A DNA stretch of 64,000 bases from Octopus vulgaris. Lineage: Eukaryota. The translations under genes were made by a program, and so were the position numbers. Of the stretch, positions 1-12,289 are shown in pieces. The stretch spans positions 36,518,001 through 36,582,000 of the forward strand of contig OX597833.1 of the NCBI GenBank assembly GCA_951406725.2, given 5' to 3'. Under the pieces are notes generated by a model. That model was not told where the DNA came from. It searched no databases and saw nothing but the letters and a program-made list of their open reading frames with translations. Every line of letters starts with the position of its first letter. The stretch's first letter is position 1.

Positions 1-2425
1 TTGGATCTAATATTAACCAACCAATCTAGCTTCGTTCACAGTATTTCAGTTGAAAAAACTCTCTTCTCAGACCACCACATGGTACTCTGCAATTTTAATT
101 CCCGACATATAAAAACTAAAATCAGCCAATCCCACTCCATGGCACTCATTTGACAACATAAACTTCCACAAAGCGGACTGGGGAGCAATCAGAAAGGATC
201 TGTCTTTCATCGACTGGTCTTTTACTCTCAATTCCACCCAAACTGAAACCGCATGGCAGCACTTTGAGAACATTGTCACCTATACATGCTCTAAACACGC
301 TCCTACGAAATCTACTAACACAAACAGAAACCGGCTGCCTAAAAAGAAAAAAAACACTCATCAGGCGCATCAAAAGACTCAATAAAAAAAATCAACCAAT
401 TAAAATATTCCCACATACAACATCCACATTCAACAACAATGAAAAGGCTAGAGTTGGAAAAACTTCATCTGCAGACCGACATGAAAACCTCCATTGAAAA
501 TCAAAAAGCTGTGGAGGAACAGTGGGTAATCAAAAACATCAAACAGAACCCAAAAGTGTTCTATTCTTATGCAAATAAGCATAGAACCTCTGCCTCACCC
601 ATTGGGCCATTGATTGATGATAACGGCATTCCCCAACACGATGCTAAAGAAATGGCAGAAATACTGCAGAAACAATACTGCTCTGTCTTTAGTATTTCCA
701 CTGATATTGACGTAAGAGAAGCGAACGAAGTTGATTCCCAACATAAAATCTCAGACATAACCTTCACTGCCTCTGACATCATAGCAGCAATAAATGAGGT
801 CAAATACTATTCTGCTGTAGGCCCTGATAGATTCCCCGCTAGTCTCCTGAAGGAATGTGGACACCAACTTGCAGTCCCTCTGACCAACCTCTGGAGAAAT
901 TCGTTAGACTCAGGTTATATACCGAAAAAGCTTCTATCCCAATCTGTCATCCCGGTTTTCAAACAGGGAAACAGATCCCTCGCAGTCAACTATCGCCCAA
1001 TCTCACTCACCTACCACATCATTAAAGTGTTTGAAAGAGTATTAAGATCAAGGATAGCTGACTTCCTGGAGACCCACAAACTCCAAAATGCAAATCAGCA
1101 TGGCTTTCGCTATGGCAGGGACTGTCTAACACAGCTCTTACACCACATTGAAGATATACTCAAAGCCTTGGGAACAGGTTCGAACTCTGATGTCATATAT
1201 CTTGACTTCAGTAAAGCGTTCGACAAGATTGACCATAATATCCTACTCTCAAAATTGGAATCCGTGGGAAACTTCTACACTGGATTAAGTATTTCCTGGC
1301 GAATAGAACACAATATGTTGTAGTTGATGGAGTCCATTCAAACCCAGCAAAAGTCACCAGCGGTGTCCCCCAGGGAACTGTCTTGGGCCCGCTACTCTTT
1401 ATAATTTACATAAACGACCTTTCCAGTGTTGTACATTACTGCAAAGTGAAAATATTTGCTGATGACACTAATCTCCAGCAAATCATCAATGAAGAAGCAG
1501 ACCGAACTCAACTCCAGTCTGATCTATATGCTGTGAATCAATGGCCAGACAGAAACAAAATGCAACTGAACGAGGGAAAATTTGAGCTGATGCATTTTGG
1601 AAGAAATTCCTCACTAAAACAGCCATACTCTCTTCCTTCAGGGAAACCGCTCACAGCTTCTAACAATATCAGAGACCTGGGTGTAATTGTTGATGACGAC
1701 CTCAGTTGGAGTGCACACATCAACAAGAAGGTCGATATAGCTCGTAGGATGAGTTCCTGGATCTTAAGAACTTTCCGGTCCAGAGAACAAGGTGTCATCA
1801 TACCACTTTTCTCCTCCTTTGTACGGCCAAACCTCGAATACTGCTGCCCACTGTGGTCTCCCCATACAAGACAAAACATCTCGAGGATTGAATCACCCCA
1901 GAGAGCACTCACTAAACGAATTGAAGGCATGGCTGCTCTCGATTATTGGGACCGCCTTAAAGCCTTGAAACTCTACTCTCTCCAGCGTCGCCGTGAGCGG
2001 TACATCATTTGTACGATGTGGTGAATATACCGCCAACTTTGCCCAAACGACCTGAACATTAGCTTCAAGGTTCATCCAAGACTGGGACCAGGGGCCATAC
2101 GTCTCCTGCCCAATTCAAGATCACAGCATACATGTACACTGCAAGATAATTTCTTTTCCTCAACAGGCCCTGCCCTATTTAACATTGCCCCGAAAGAGAT
2201 CAAAGAGGAAAAGGATCCCATCAACTTTAAACGGAGTCTGGATAGATTCTTTCAAAGAATACCAGATAAGCCACCCATAATTGGATACAACTCACCCAAC
2301 AAAAACTCACTACTTGAATGGACCATAAACAAAACTTGACTTAAACAGGATTTAGATAATCCTATCAGGTGGTGCTATTAAGTTTGGTCGGTCGAAACAT
2401 ATCTAAGTTTATCTAAGTTTATCTA

Positions 2426-2430
<5 letters not shown>
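1..2430 (+). mobile_element. CR1-group (CR1/L2/Crack/Daphne-like) non-LTR retrotransposon, disrupted ORF2 (APE endonuclease end + reverse transcriptase) with 3' tandem tail; 5' part lies outside the window
   Basis: Frame 1 from base 1 gives LDLILTN...SDH (APE C-terminal motifs), then NFHKADW. ORF 439-1323 has NYRPISL, QHGFR and DFSKAFD. After a frameshift near 1255 come GVPQG, FADD, RDLGV, RPNLEYCCPLWSP and LYSLQRRRER. A premature TGA sits at 2022-2024 and the frame continues to a stop at 2337-2339. The element ends in (ATCTAAGTTT)3 at 2401-2430. Confidence 0.93.

Positions 2431-2496
<66 letters not shown>
2431..2496. repeat. (AT)n microsatellite
   Basis: Direct reading. Confidence 0.95.
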
Positions 2497-2497
<1 letters not shown>

Positions 2498-2700
2498 GGG
2501 AGAAGTCACAAAAAAAAAAACGAAAGATGAAGACAGTGGGTGTAGACAACAAACAGTTTAACGCTCGGGAAGTGAAAATATTTTCAACTTTTCGAGCATA
2601 CGCTCTTCCACGGAAAGAAACAAGGAAAGAAAATAAAGAGAGAAAATAAAGAAAGAAACAAAGAGAGAAAATAAGGAATGTGTAGTGGCACACATGCCAA
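2497..2700 (-). mobile_element. Short Penelope-like terminal repeat (family P1) with degenerate hammerhead-like motif
   Basis: The reverse complement contains CCGTGGA-A-GAGC-gtat-GCTC-GAAA-AGT and aligns by eye with 11210-11385 and 59568-59746. Confidence 0.6.
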
Positions 2701-2973
2701 TATATAGTAAATACATACATACGTATATAGACAGATAGATTGATGGATAGATAGATAGACAGACAAACAGACAAACCGGAAGGAAGGCATCCAAGCAGGC
2801 AGACCGACATACAGACAGACAGACAGATAGTAGATAGTAATGATCTTTAGCAATATGTATTATGTCTATTCTCCAAATATATTTTCCAATAATGCTACAC
2901 GTATACAAAAGTTTTTCTATTTTGTACAGGCCTCAATGATGAATGTGTGTGTTTGTATGTGTGTTTGTGTGTG

Positions 2974-3015
<42 letters not shown>

Positions 3016-3245
3016 TGTGCGTGCGTGTATAATGTTATGTGAGTTTGTGTTGAGTTTGGGTGTGCAAACGCAAGAATAGCATGAAACATTATCTTTAGTT
3101 TGGAAACATCTTCACCTTTACATCTCCAGCATTTTAATAATTCATTTGTTTTCATACAAATATGCATAATCACAACAAGCTAACATTCAGGCATACATAC
3201 CCATATATGCATGCATATTCAAAACATATGCAACCACATATGTAT

Positions 3246-3311
<66 letters not shown>

Positions 3312-4076
3312 AAGTGTTAATATACTACGTACATATTATACATACACGTGTATGTAAATACACATATATGTGTTTATGTTTGCTTTCATGTATCTTAATT
3401 TTCTCAATTCAAATGTTCATAGATATGAAAATATGAATTTTTTTAAATTCCGTAATCTAATTTCCTTTTGCATATTCTGTACACTCACACACTCCAACAG
3501 CACTTCAAAAGACAGACAGACACTTATAGACGTTTCCTGGCACATATAAAACATATCTAAAACAGACGCATAAAGCACACTTGCAGACACGCATGCGTAC
3601 ACACACAAATACACGCACAGACATAGATAAACATTAGTACATATATCCATGCGATATATCGTATGTATCCATATACCCATTCATATATAAATACTTTAGT
3701 AAGTACATAAAAGCGCATTCACGCAATTCCTGTTGTTATACAAAACTACAAGATGTATACATATATGTGCATATACACACATACTACTGCGTACATGCAT
3801 GCATAAATACAAGCATTATATTTATTATATGCAGTGCATACACACGTAAAACATAAATGCATATTTTTCGCTTTGCTCAGCAAAATTCTTTACATCAGAG
3901 CATTATTTTAATATACTCATATAAACAAAGAGAAACTCACAGACGCGTGTACACACGTATGTATGTACGTACGTATGTATGCATATCTGTTTATCTATCT
4001 GTCTATTTATTTACCTATCTATTTATATATTTATTTATTTGTCTGTCTCTACATGTGTGTATGTATGTATGTATAC

Positions 4077-4127
<51 letters not shown>

Positions 4128-4149
4128 TATATACATTATATATATATAT

Positions 4150-4357
4150 GTAAGTATGTATGTATCTATGTATGTATATATGTATGTGTGTATGTATGTA
4201 TGTATGTATGTATGTATGTATGTATGTATGTATGTATATATCTATGTATGTTTGTGTATATGTATGTATGTATGTATGTATGTTTGTGTATATGTATGTA
4301 TGTATGTATGCATGTATGTATGTATGTATGTATGTATGTATGTATGTATGTATGTAT
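4150..4357. repeat. (TATG)n microsatellite
   Basis: Direct reading; source of the MYVC ORFs. Confidence 0.95.
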
Positions 4358-4980
4358 ACCTCAGAGAACAGAAGAGAGGAGGTATTAGGGGAGATAATGA
4401 AGAAGAGAGCGAGAGAGAACGAAAGAGCGAAAAATTCGAGTGATGGGAGATTGTACGGAAAAAGTCTCGAGTGTTATATAAGACATTTAAAATTCTTGCC
4501 CTGTGCACATATCTACGCATGCGTAAACGTTTCTTAGAAACGATGAAGTAGGGTGGAAAAAAATGGCATTTCTTCTTTCATATTCTATCCCTCAATCTAA
4601 GCATGTAGGCTTCTTTATTTGTTGTGCACAATTCTTAGACCATGAAGGAATAGTTCTGCTAAAATTTCCAACCGTTTCATGTTATAATTTAAAGGATTTA
4701 AAATAGCAACAACTACAACAATGTATGATGAAAAAAACTTGTGTTATAAAACGCCCTGCTACTTCGCAAGAAATGTTCGAAAATATATTTCACGTAAAAG
4801 TTTTAATGTTTGAAATACATACACATAAGTATAGACACACGCATATCATGCATATATGTAACTGCATATATATGTATTTCCGTGTGTTTGTGTGTGTATG
4901 TGTGTATATGTGTATATGTGTGTTTGTGTGTGTGCCTGTGTGTCTGTGCAAGTATATATGTCTATATAATGTGCATATAC

Positions 4981-5044
<64 letters not shown>

Positions 5045-5400
5045 ATAGAAACATATAAAATCAATAAAACGATCAACTATCCGATATACTCATATCCATA
5101 CTTTCATCATCATCATTACACCCTAGAAAAGGCAATATATAAAATGAAATGAGATATACAGTAATAGTTATAACGCCGGACAAAACACTTCGCGACTTTT
5201 CTTCCGGTTTTAGGTTTCAAGTCAAATACCGTCGAGGTTGACTTCACCCTAATATTATTACCTTTACCCATTTAATACAATAGATGAAATGATTGCTTGA
5301 CAATTTCTAACATCTATGTATTAATTTTTCAGGCCTTCTGTCTATATTAGCAAAGTTCACTACTCACCCAAAGGATTTTCTCACGCGACATTAGCTTTGG

Positions 5401-5443
<43 letters not shown>

Positions 5444-5502
5444 CATATAAACCAAACGATCTGTGATATATTATATATATTGTCATCATCATCATCACCC
5501 TG

Positions 5503-5695
5503 AAGGCGATGAGCTGACGGAATTGTTATAACGCCGGACAAAACACTTCGCGACTTTTCTTCCGGTTTTAGGTTTCAAGTCAAATACCGTCGAGGTTGAC
5601 TTCACCCTTCATCCTTTCGGGTTCAAGTACTGGAGTCGATGGAAACGACTACTACCTCCCACCAAATTTCAGGCCTTCTGTCTATATTAGCAAAG
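5503..5695 (+). mobile_element. SINE family A, diverged copy
   Basis: AAGGCGATGAGCTG head and GTCGAGGTTGACTTCACCCTTCATCCTTTCGGG central domain shared with the other A copies. Confidence 0.75.
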
Positions 5696-5761
5696 TTCAC
5701 TACTCACCCAAAGGATTTTCTCACGCGACATTAGCTTTGGCGGGAAAAAATAAGTCCCTTT

Positions 5762-6163
5762 AACTCTTTTACTCTTGTATTTCTTTATTTGTTTCAACCA
5801 TTTGACATGCTGGAGCACCACCTTTAGTCGAGTAAATCGACCGCAGGACTTATTCTATGTAAGCGTAGTACTTATTCTATCGGTCTCTTTTGCCGAACCA
5901 CTAAGTTACGGGGACGTAAACACACCAACATTGGTTGTCAAGCGATGCTGAGAGGACAAACACACACACACATACATACATGTATATACATATATACGAC
6001 GAGCTTCTTTCCGTTTCCGTCTACCAAATCCACTCACAAGGCTTTGGTCGGCCCGAGGCTATAGTAGAAGACACTTGCCCAAGGTGTCACGCAGTGGGAC
6101 TGAACCAGGAACCATCTGGTTGGTAAGCAAGCTACTTACCACACAGCTCCATCCCCCTGCGCC
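5762..6163 (-). mobile_element. SINE family B (tRNA-like head, CORE-like CCTTGGGCAAGT, internal microsatellite), near full length
   Basis: Reverse complement of the copies at 34702-35083 and 49838-50283. Confidence 0.9.
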
Positions 6164-6592
6164 TTGAATGCACCTCGTAAGCTTGAAAGCTTAATTAATG
6201 GAGAGAAGTTACAACTAGATGAAATCTCCAAGTGGTTCGAATCCTCAAGTCTCCGGCTAAAAAGTGTCAGAAGAACGGAATTCAGGAGCTATGATTTACA
6301 TGCGGTCCGACCCCTTGGAATGTAAGTAGAGTGCCAAAACACTTTTCTGAGGGCTATTTCGTCTCTGAAGGCCTTCTGTTGTTTAGCTCCCTTGAGAATT
6401 TTTTACCACTACTATAACTCCCTACCGACCAGAGCCATGTGAGTGGATTTGGTATACGGAAATCGAAAGTAGTACGTCGTATATTTTTACATACACACAC
6501 ACATACACCCACCCTCTCTCTCACACACACATACACCCACCATTTTTCTCACACACACATATACACACACATATGCACACATACACAAAGAC

Positions 6593-6680
<88 letters not shown>
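6593..6680. repeat. (GATA)n microsatellite
   Basis: Direct reading. Confidence 0.95.
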
Positions 6681-6754
6681 GTGCTTTATATATCGGAGAT
6701 CAATATAGATGATTGGTGGAAAAATACTTTTCATTGAATACAATACAGAATGGT

Positions 6755-6958
6755 TTCAAATTTTGGCGCAAATCCAGCAGTTTCGGAGGAGGGAATAAGT
6801 TGATTACATCAATCCCAGTACATATTTTACTGGTACAAACTGGTACATATTTTATTGACCCCGAAAGGATGAACAACAAAATCAGCCTTGGCAGAATTTG
6901 AACTCAGAACGTAGAAACGGACGAAATGCCGCTAAGCATTTTACCAGCTTGTTGCCTT
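6755..6958 (-). mobile_element. SINE family A
   Basis: Contains GACCCCGAAAGGATGAA and GAATTTGAACTCAGAACGTA, the reverse complement of the A body. Confidence 0.8.
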
Positions 6959-7036
6959 ACAAAGTTCAATATTAATCACCAAATTTTCACTGGATTGTTT
7001 CATCCCGCATTTTACATAGAATAATAATAATAATGA

Positions 7037-7082
<46 letters not shown>

Positions 7083-7271
7083 TGTTGTTGTTGTTGTTGT
7101 TGTACAAATTAATTGTTTAGTTGCACTAGGATAACATGGAAGCTTGTGGATTTAGAATATATTTTTGTTACGATCCAAATGATAAAGAACACAGATTTAG
7201 TTGGGTATATAAAAACCTTGTTTAACCTTTGAATCCAGGCCTTATCTACCTGTCATTATTTGTAATACATT

Positions 7272-7476
7272 AAGGCGGTGAGCTGGCAAAATCGTTAGCA
7301 CGCTGGACGAAATGCTTAGCCGTATTTCGCCCGGCGGTACGTTCTGAGTTCAAATTCCGCGAGGTCGACTTTGACTTTCGCCCTTTCGGGGTCGATAAAT
7401 TAAGTACCAGTTGAGTACTGGGGTCAATGTAATCCTCCAAATTCCAGGCCTTGTGCCTATAATAGAAAGGATTATT
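7272..7476 (+). mobile_element. SINE family A (tRNA-derived head with A/B boxes; central domain resembling the Sauria-SINE/MetaSINE domain), tail type 2
   Basis: GGCGGTGAGCTGGCAAAATCGTTAGC (A box), GAGTTCAAATTCC (B box), GAGGTCGACTTTGACTTTCGCCCTTTCGGGGTCGATAAATTAAGTACC, ending AGAAAGGATTATT. The domain name is from recall. Confidence 0.88.
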
Positions 7477-7680
7477 TGTAATACATTTTGTATTACAAGT
7501 CGCCAAAACAGTGAAGAAAGAAAAGCTAACTGCAGTAAATATTTTACACCTTGGGTTCTATTGGTTTGTTCGATTAGTTTCAGTCTCTAAGCGTTAAGCG
7601 AACGCCCAATCCTCCTGTTATGCCACAGTTCCTATTATAAAAGGACTTTATTAGAGATTTTGCAAACTGAAGTTATACAT

Positions 7681-7965
7681 AAGCACAGATGTGGCTCTGT
7701 GGTAAAAAGCTTGCTTCCTACCAGATGGTTCCGGGTTCAGTCTTACGGTATAGCAAATGTCTTCTACCATAGCCTCGGGACGACCCAAGACCTTGTGAGT
7801 AGATTTGGTAAACGGAAACTAGAAACTTAGAGTTTCGGCAAAAGTGACGATAAAATAAATACCAGGTTTTATAAAAAGCTCTGGGTTTGGTTTATTCAAC
7901 TAAAAATTCTTCGAGACGGTACCCCAGTATGGCCTGGCCGCAGTCTAACAAGTAAAAGATTAAAG
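7681..7965 (+). mobile_element. SINE family B, diverged and internally deleted
   Basis: GTGGCTCTGTGGTAAAAAGCTTGCTT...GGTTCCGGGTTCAGT head and GGCCGCAGTCTAACAAGTAAAAGA tail. Confidence 0.8.
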
Positions 7966-8210
7966 ATGTTCAACATTGTTTCAGAGAATACCTATTTTAG
8001 ATTTTGCTTATACAGTTGGGGAAAACGTGTCGAGCAGTTTCTTCCGGCGCGGAGATCGCGTTGAGTACTGTTAAAGAGGGTATGTTTGAGCTCTCTAAAT
8101 AGCTTCGCATTTAGTTGTTTTCTTAACTATGAAACGGTTGGTTGATTTAATACGAGTCTTTAGTTACTAAGCTGGGTTCTGCATTCATGTGTGTGTATGT
8201 GTTCATATAT

Positions 8211-8256
<46 letters not shown>

Positions 8257-8295
8257 ATTATTATTATTATAATGATTATTATTATCATTTATATA

Positions 8296-8802
<507 letters not shown>

Positions 8803-8816
8803 TTGTGTGTGTGTGC

Positions 8817-8958
8817 GTGTCTGTCTCCCGTCCGGCTGTACACTTAGTATACATATACGTTTTTTATATAATAAAGAGAAGAATGCATTGTAAATAAATA
8901 GCGACAGATAAAAAACCTATACGTATACCGAGTATAGAACCGGACAGGAGACAGACAC
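8817..8958. repeat. Imperfect inverted repeat, ~50-bp arms, ~42-bp spacer
   Basis: 8817-8866 pairs with the reverse complement of 8909-8958 (about 8 mismatches, mostly transitions). Confidence 0.85.
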
Positions 8959-8959
8959 A

Positions 8960-9199
8960 AAAGGTCCCTAATTCTTCGTCAGTTATCAACCAATGGTAAT
9001 ACTCAGTTTAGTATCTACACATTATTTACTCTCTCTACTTTTTCGTTCTCTCACAATTTTTTTCTCCTCTCATACCTTGCTGTCGGAGAGCGTAGGCTCG
9101 AAACATCAAAGACTTTTCCATTCTTCCTGAGCGTCAAACTAATACACTTGCTTGTTCTTCCCTCACCTGTCTTCGTCTTTTATTTTCTGTAAATTTGAA

Positions 9200-9202
<3 letters not shown>
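8960..9202 (+). mobile_element. Penelope-like terminal repeat (family P1) with hammerhead-like motif at 9076-9113
   Basis: CTGTCGG-A-GAGC-gtag-GCTC-GAAA-CAT-C-AAAGAC followed by the TTCCTGAGCG...CTAATAC...CACCTGTCTTCGT block shared with the other P1 copies. Confidence 0.65.
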
Positions 9203-9273
<71 letters not shown>

Positions 9274-9546
9274 GTATATATACACACATACATATATACA
9301 TATATATGTGTGTGTGTTTATGCATATTTATTATATCTATATATATTTTTATTTAATCACATGACATTTTTAGGATTACGGCCGTTTCGGTTGTTTATCA
9401 GAGAGCAGTTGCCCTATTATGTGGGCTATTATAGAGTTGAATTGTTTGGTGTTATCATGTTTTATTGATCTGATGAGATAACTTACTTTATTTGCATTTC
9501 TCTCTGAACATACAATAGTATTGTATGTGTAGTATGCATGTTAATG

Positions 9547-9794
9547 CAGGCATCCGACTATCGCGGGAGTTACGTTCAAAACCTCACTGGGATAGGTGAA
9601 ACTCCGCGAAGTAGAAACAGTATTGTACAGTACATTTTAAAAAATTATTTTTATAATTTGTATATATTTATTTTATTATAAGTGAAAAACAACGTCACGG
9701 AGGAATCGACGTAAGTTTACTTAATAAACCGCGAAAGGTGAACTGCGATAGATGAACCGTGATAAGTAAACCGTGATATCGCGAGGGATTACTG
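9547..9794. mobile_element. pogo/Tigger-like MITE
   Basis: Right end CCGTGATATCGCGAGGGATTACTG|TA; the degenerate left end CAGGCATCCGACTATCGCGG matches its reverse complement. Confidence 0.65.
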
Positions 9795-10083
9795 TACACT
9801 CAAATCATTGTTACATGAAGAAGGTTGCGAAACAGCTGTATTCTTAAGGGTGTCAGGTGGTTAAATAAATATACTGAACTCTCATACCACCTGATTTTCT
9901 ACGGTTTATATACTCCATACGAAATAATTTCATCGACCGAATCTTCTAGTTTTCAGCATTATACTCTTCTGTATGGGATTACAATATGGTATGTTATAGA
10001 AGCCTCCTGTGATTCTATGATTCCATACATAACACAGCAAATATATGTATGGATATGTGTGTGTGTGTGTGTGTGTGTGTGCG

Positions 10084-10146
<63 letters not shown>

Positions 10147-10164
10147 ACATGTTTATGTGTATGT

Positions 10165-10360
10165 GGCTGTCTCACCACCATCGCTTGACAACCGATGTTG
10201 GTGTGTTTACGTCCCCGTAATTTAGCAGTTCGGCAAAAGAGACCGATAGAATGAATACTGGGCTCACAAACTAAGTTTTAGTGTCGATTTGTTCGACTAA
10301 AAGGCGGTGCTCCAGCATGGCTGCAGTCAAATGATTAAAACAAGTAAAAGAATAAAAAAA
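10165..10360 (+). mobile_element. SINE family B, 3' half
   Basis: CATCGCTTGACAACCGATGTTGGTGTGTTTACGTCCCCGTAA...GGCGGTGCTCCAGCATGG. Confidence 0.85.
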
Positions 10361-10366
10361 ATATAA

Positions 10367-10400
<34 letters not shown>

Positions 10401-11133
10401 TATATCAAAATGAGATGATAAGGACCATTAGACATGAACGCGTTTCGTCAGCTGTGTGACCCCTATGCATTTCGGTGCATTTTTTATTCTGACGGCTTCC
10501 TCTCACAGTACTAGACCTCCGGATGCGCCAGACAATGTAAATCTCACTATAGTAATGGGTATTTGAAAGAAAAGTCTTAAAACATGAAGGATAGCAACAT
10601 GCAAGTGGGACGAAGTCTTGTGAACAAACAGAAATATGTAATACGATATTTACAGTAGCCGAAGTGGCGGTGTCTTCATTTTGATTGATGCTTCTTCGGT
10701 TGTCTTGCGTCGAATTCGATTGAAGAAGGCTGGAGCGTACAACAGCCGAAACGTAGGGAAAGCAACAGTCAAGATGAGGATATTAGTCCGACTGAGGTGA
10801 ATAGCGTACATCTCAGAAATTATAGAATTGTATATGTAATACAGTTCACCAAAAAAGAAGGCAGTTTTCTTCTGGGCAAAAAGGCAATGAGGCAATGAGG
10901 CATATAAGTAATCACAAAGTGCATGATAAACAATTGGAATTAAGTACTTTAGATCCGTATCATAGTCTGCGTTATAAAACCTAGAGCAGAGCTTAACATT
11001 TTAAAATGCATTACACAAAACAGACAAAAATATCATCGCTTTAAACTAGACCTGTGGGAAGGGAAATATGACATATATGTATATCTGTCCATAAATATAT
11101 TTATGTGTACATACATGCCTATATACATATATA

Positions 11134-11205
<72 letters not shown>

Positions 11206-11209
11206 TATC

Positions 11210-11385
11210 GTTAGCTCCTACACGCACTTTTTCTCTCCTTGTTTTTTTCTGTGTATCTTTCTGTCGAAGAGCGTAGGCTCGAAACGTAAAAGACTTTTTC
11301 TATTCCTGAGCGCTATACTAATACATTTGTTTGTTTGTACTCCACCTGCCCTTGTCTTTTGTTTATTTTCGTAAACTTTACCGTT
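11210..11385 (+). mobile_element. Penelope-like terminal repeat (family P1) with the best-preserved hammerhead-like motif (11256-11293)
   Basis: TCTTT-CTGTCGA-A-GAGC-gtag-GCTC-GAAA-CGT-A-AAAGA, flanked by (AT)n on both sides. There is a close reverse-strand copy at 59568-59746. Confidence 0.7.
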
Positions 11386-11433
11386 ATATATATATTTATA
11401 CACATATATACGAACACACAGACACACACTCAC

Positions 11434-11485
<52 letters not shown>

Positions 11486-12289
11486 CATTGTCGCTTCTTT
11501 TCTCTCTATTCCGGTTCTTCACCCATTATTTTTCTATGTATTGTTTCTCTTTCACTCGTTTTGTCAAACCCTTATTTTTGTTCTCCATGCTTATTTCCTC
11601 TCCCTTTTTCTCACACTCGATATTCCTCTCTCTTGCATACCTATCTACACTCTCTCCCCCTTTCTCTCTCTCTCTCTCTATCTCCGTTTCTCTCCCACTC
11701 TCTTTCTCACTGTCTGTCGCTCCTCACACACTTGCTGTGTATCTCTTTCTCCCTCCCTCACAATGTCGCCCCCTCCCACTCCATCTCCCGTCCTTCTTCT
11801 CCCTTTTCTCCATCCCCTGTATCTCCGCCCTCCTCTATCTTACTCTCTCTCTCTTGATTCTCGTAATTCATTTCATGGCGCTCTCCTTGTTATTTCTGAC
11901 AACCACTTGTCAGAAGCAAATACATGTTGGATTAGTTTACTGCTCTGTTGGTTACATTCTCTATAGCATGTTCTTATTAGTCATTATACACACCATGTTA
12001 GTCATTATACACTACATGTTAGTCACCACATTCATCTAGACATTCCATCTCATTATAACTCAATTTTTCTCAAAGACACCACATTACCTCTTTCCTATAT
12101 TTAGACCATCGAGGCGCCACACAAAATCATTCGAGACTTCAGCATCTGTCCCCTACATTTACAGATAAATGGGATCTGTAATAAAATCATTTAACCCTCT
12201 AACGTTTCCCTCACCAACTCGCTTTCCTCACCTCTGTGACACTTTTTTATACTAACCTACCAACTTATCTATCAGTCCTTTTTTTTTTG

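Noticed and set aside
3857-5076. ORFs made of [16 protein letters not shown] runs (here and throughout the window)
   Set aside because: They are translations of (TATG)n, (TA)n and (TG)n microsatellites that lack stop codons, not genes.
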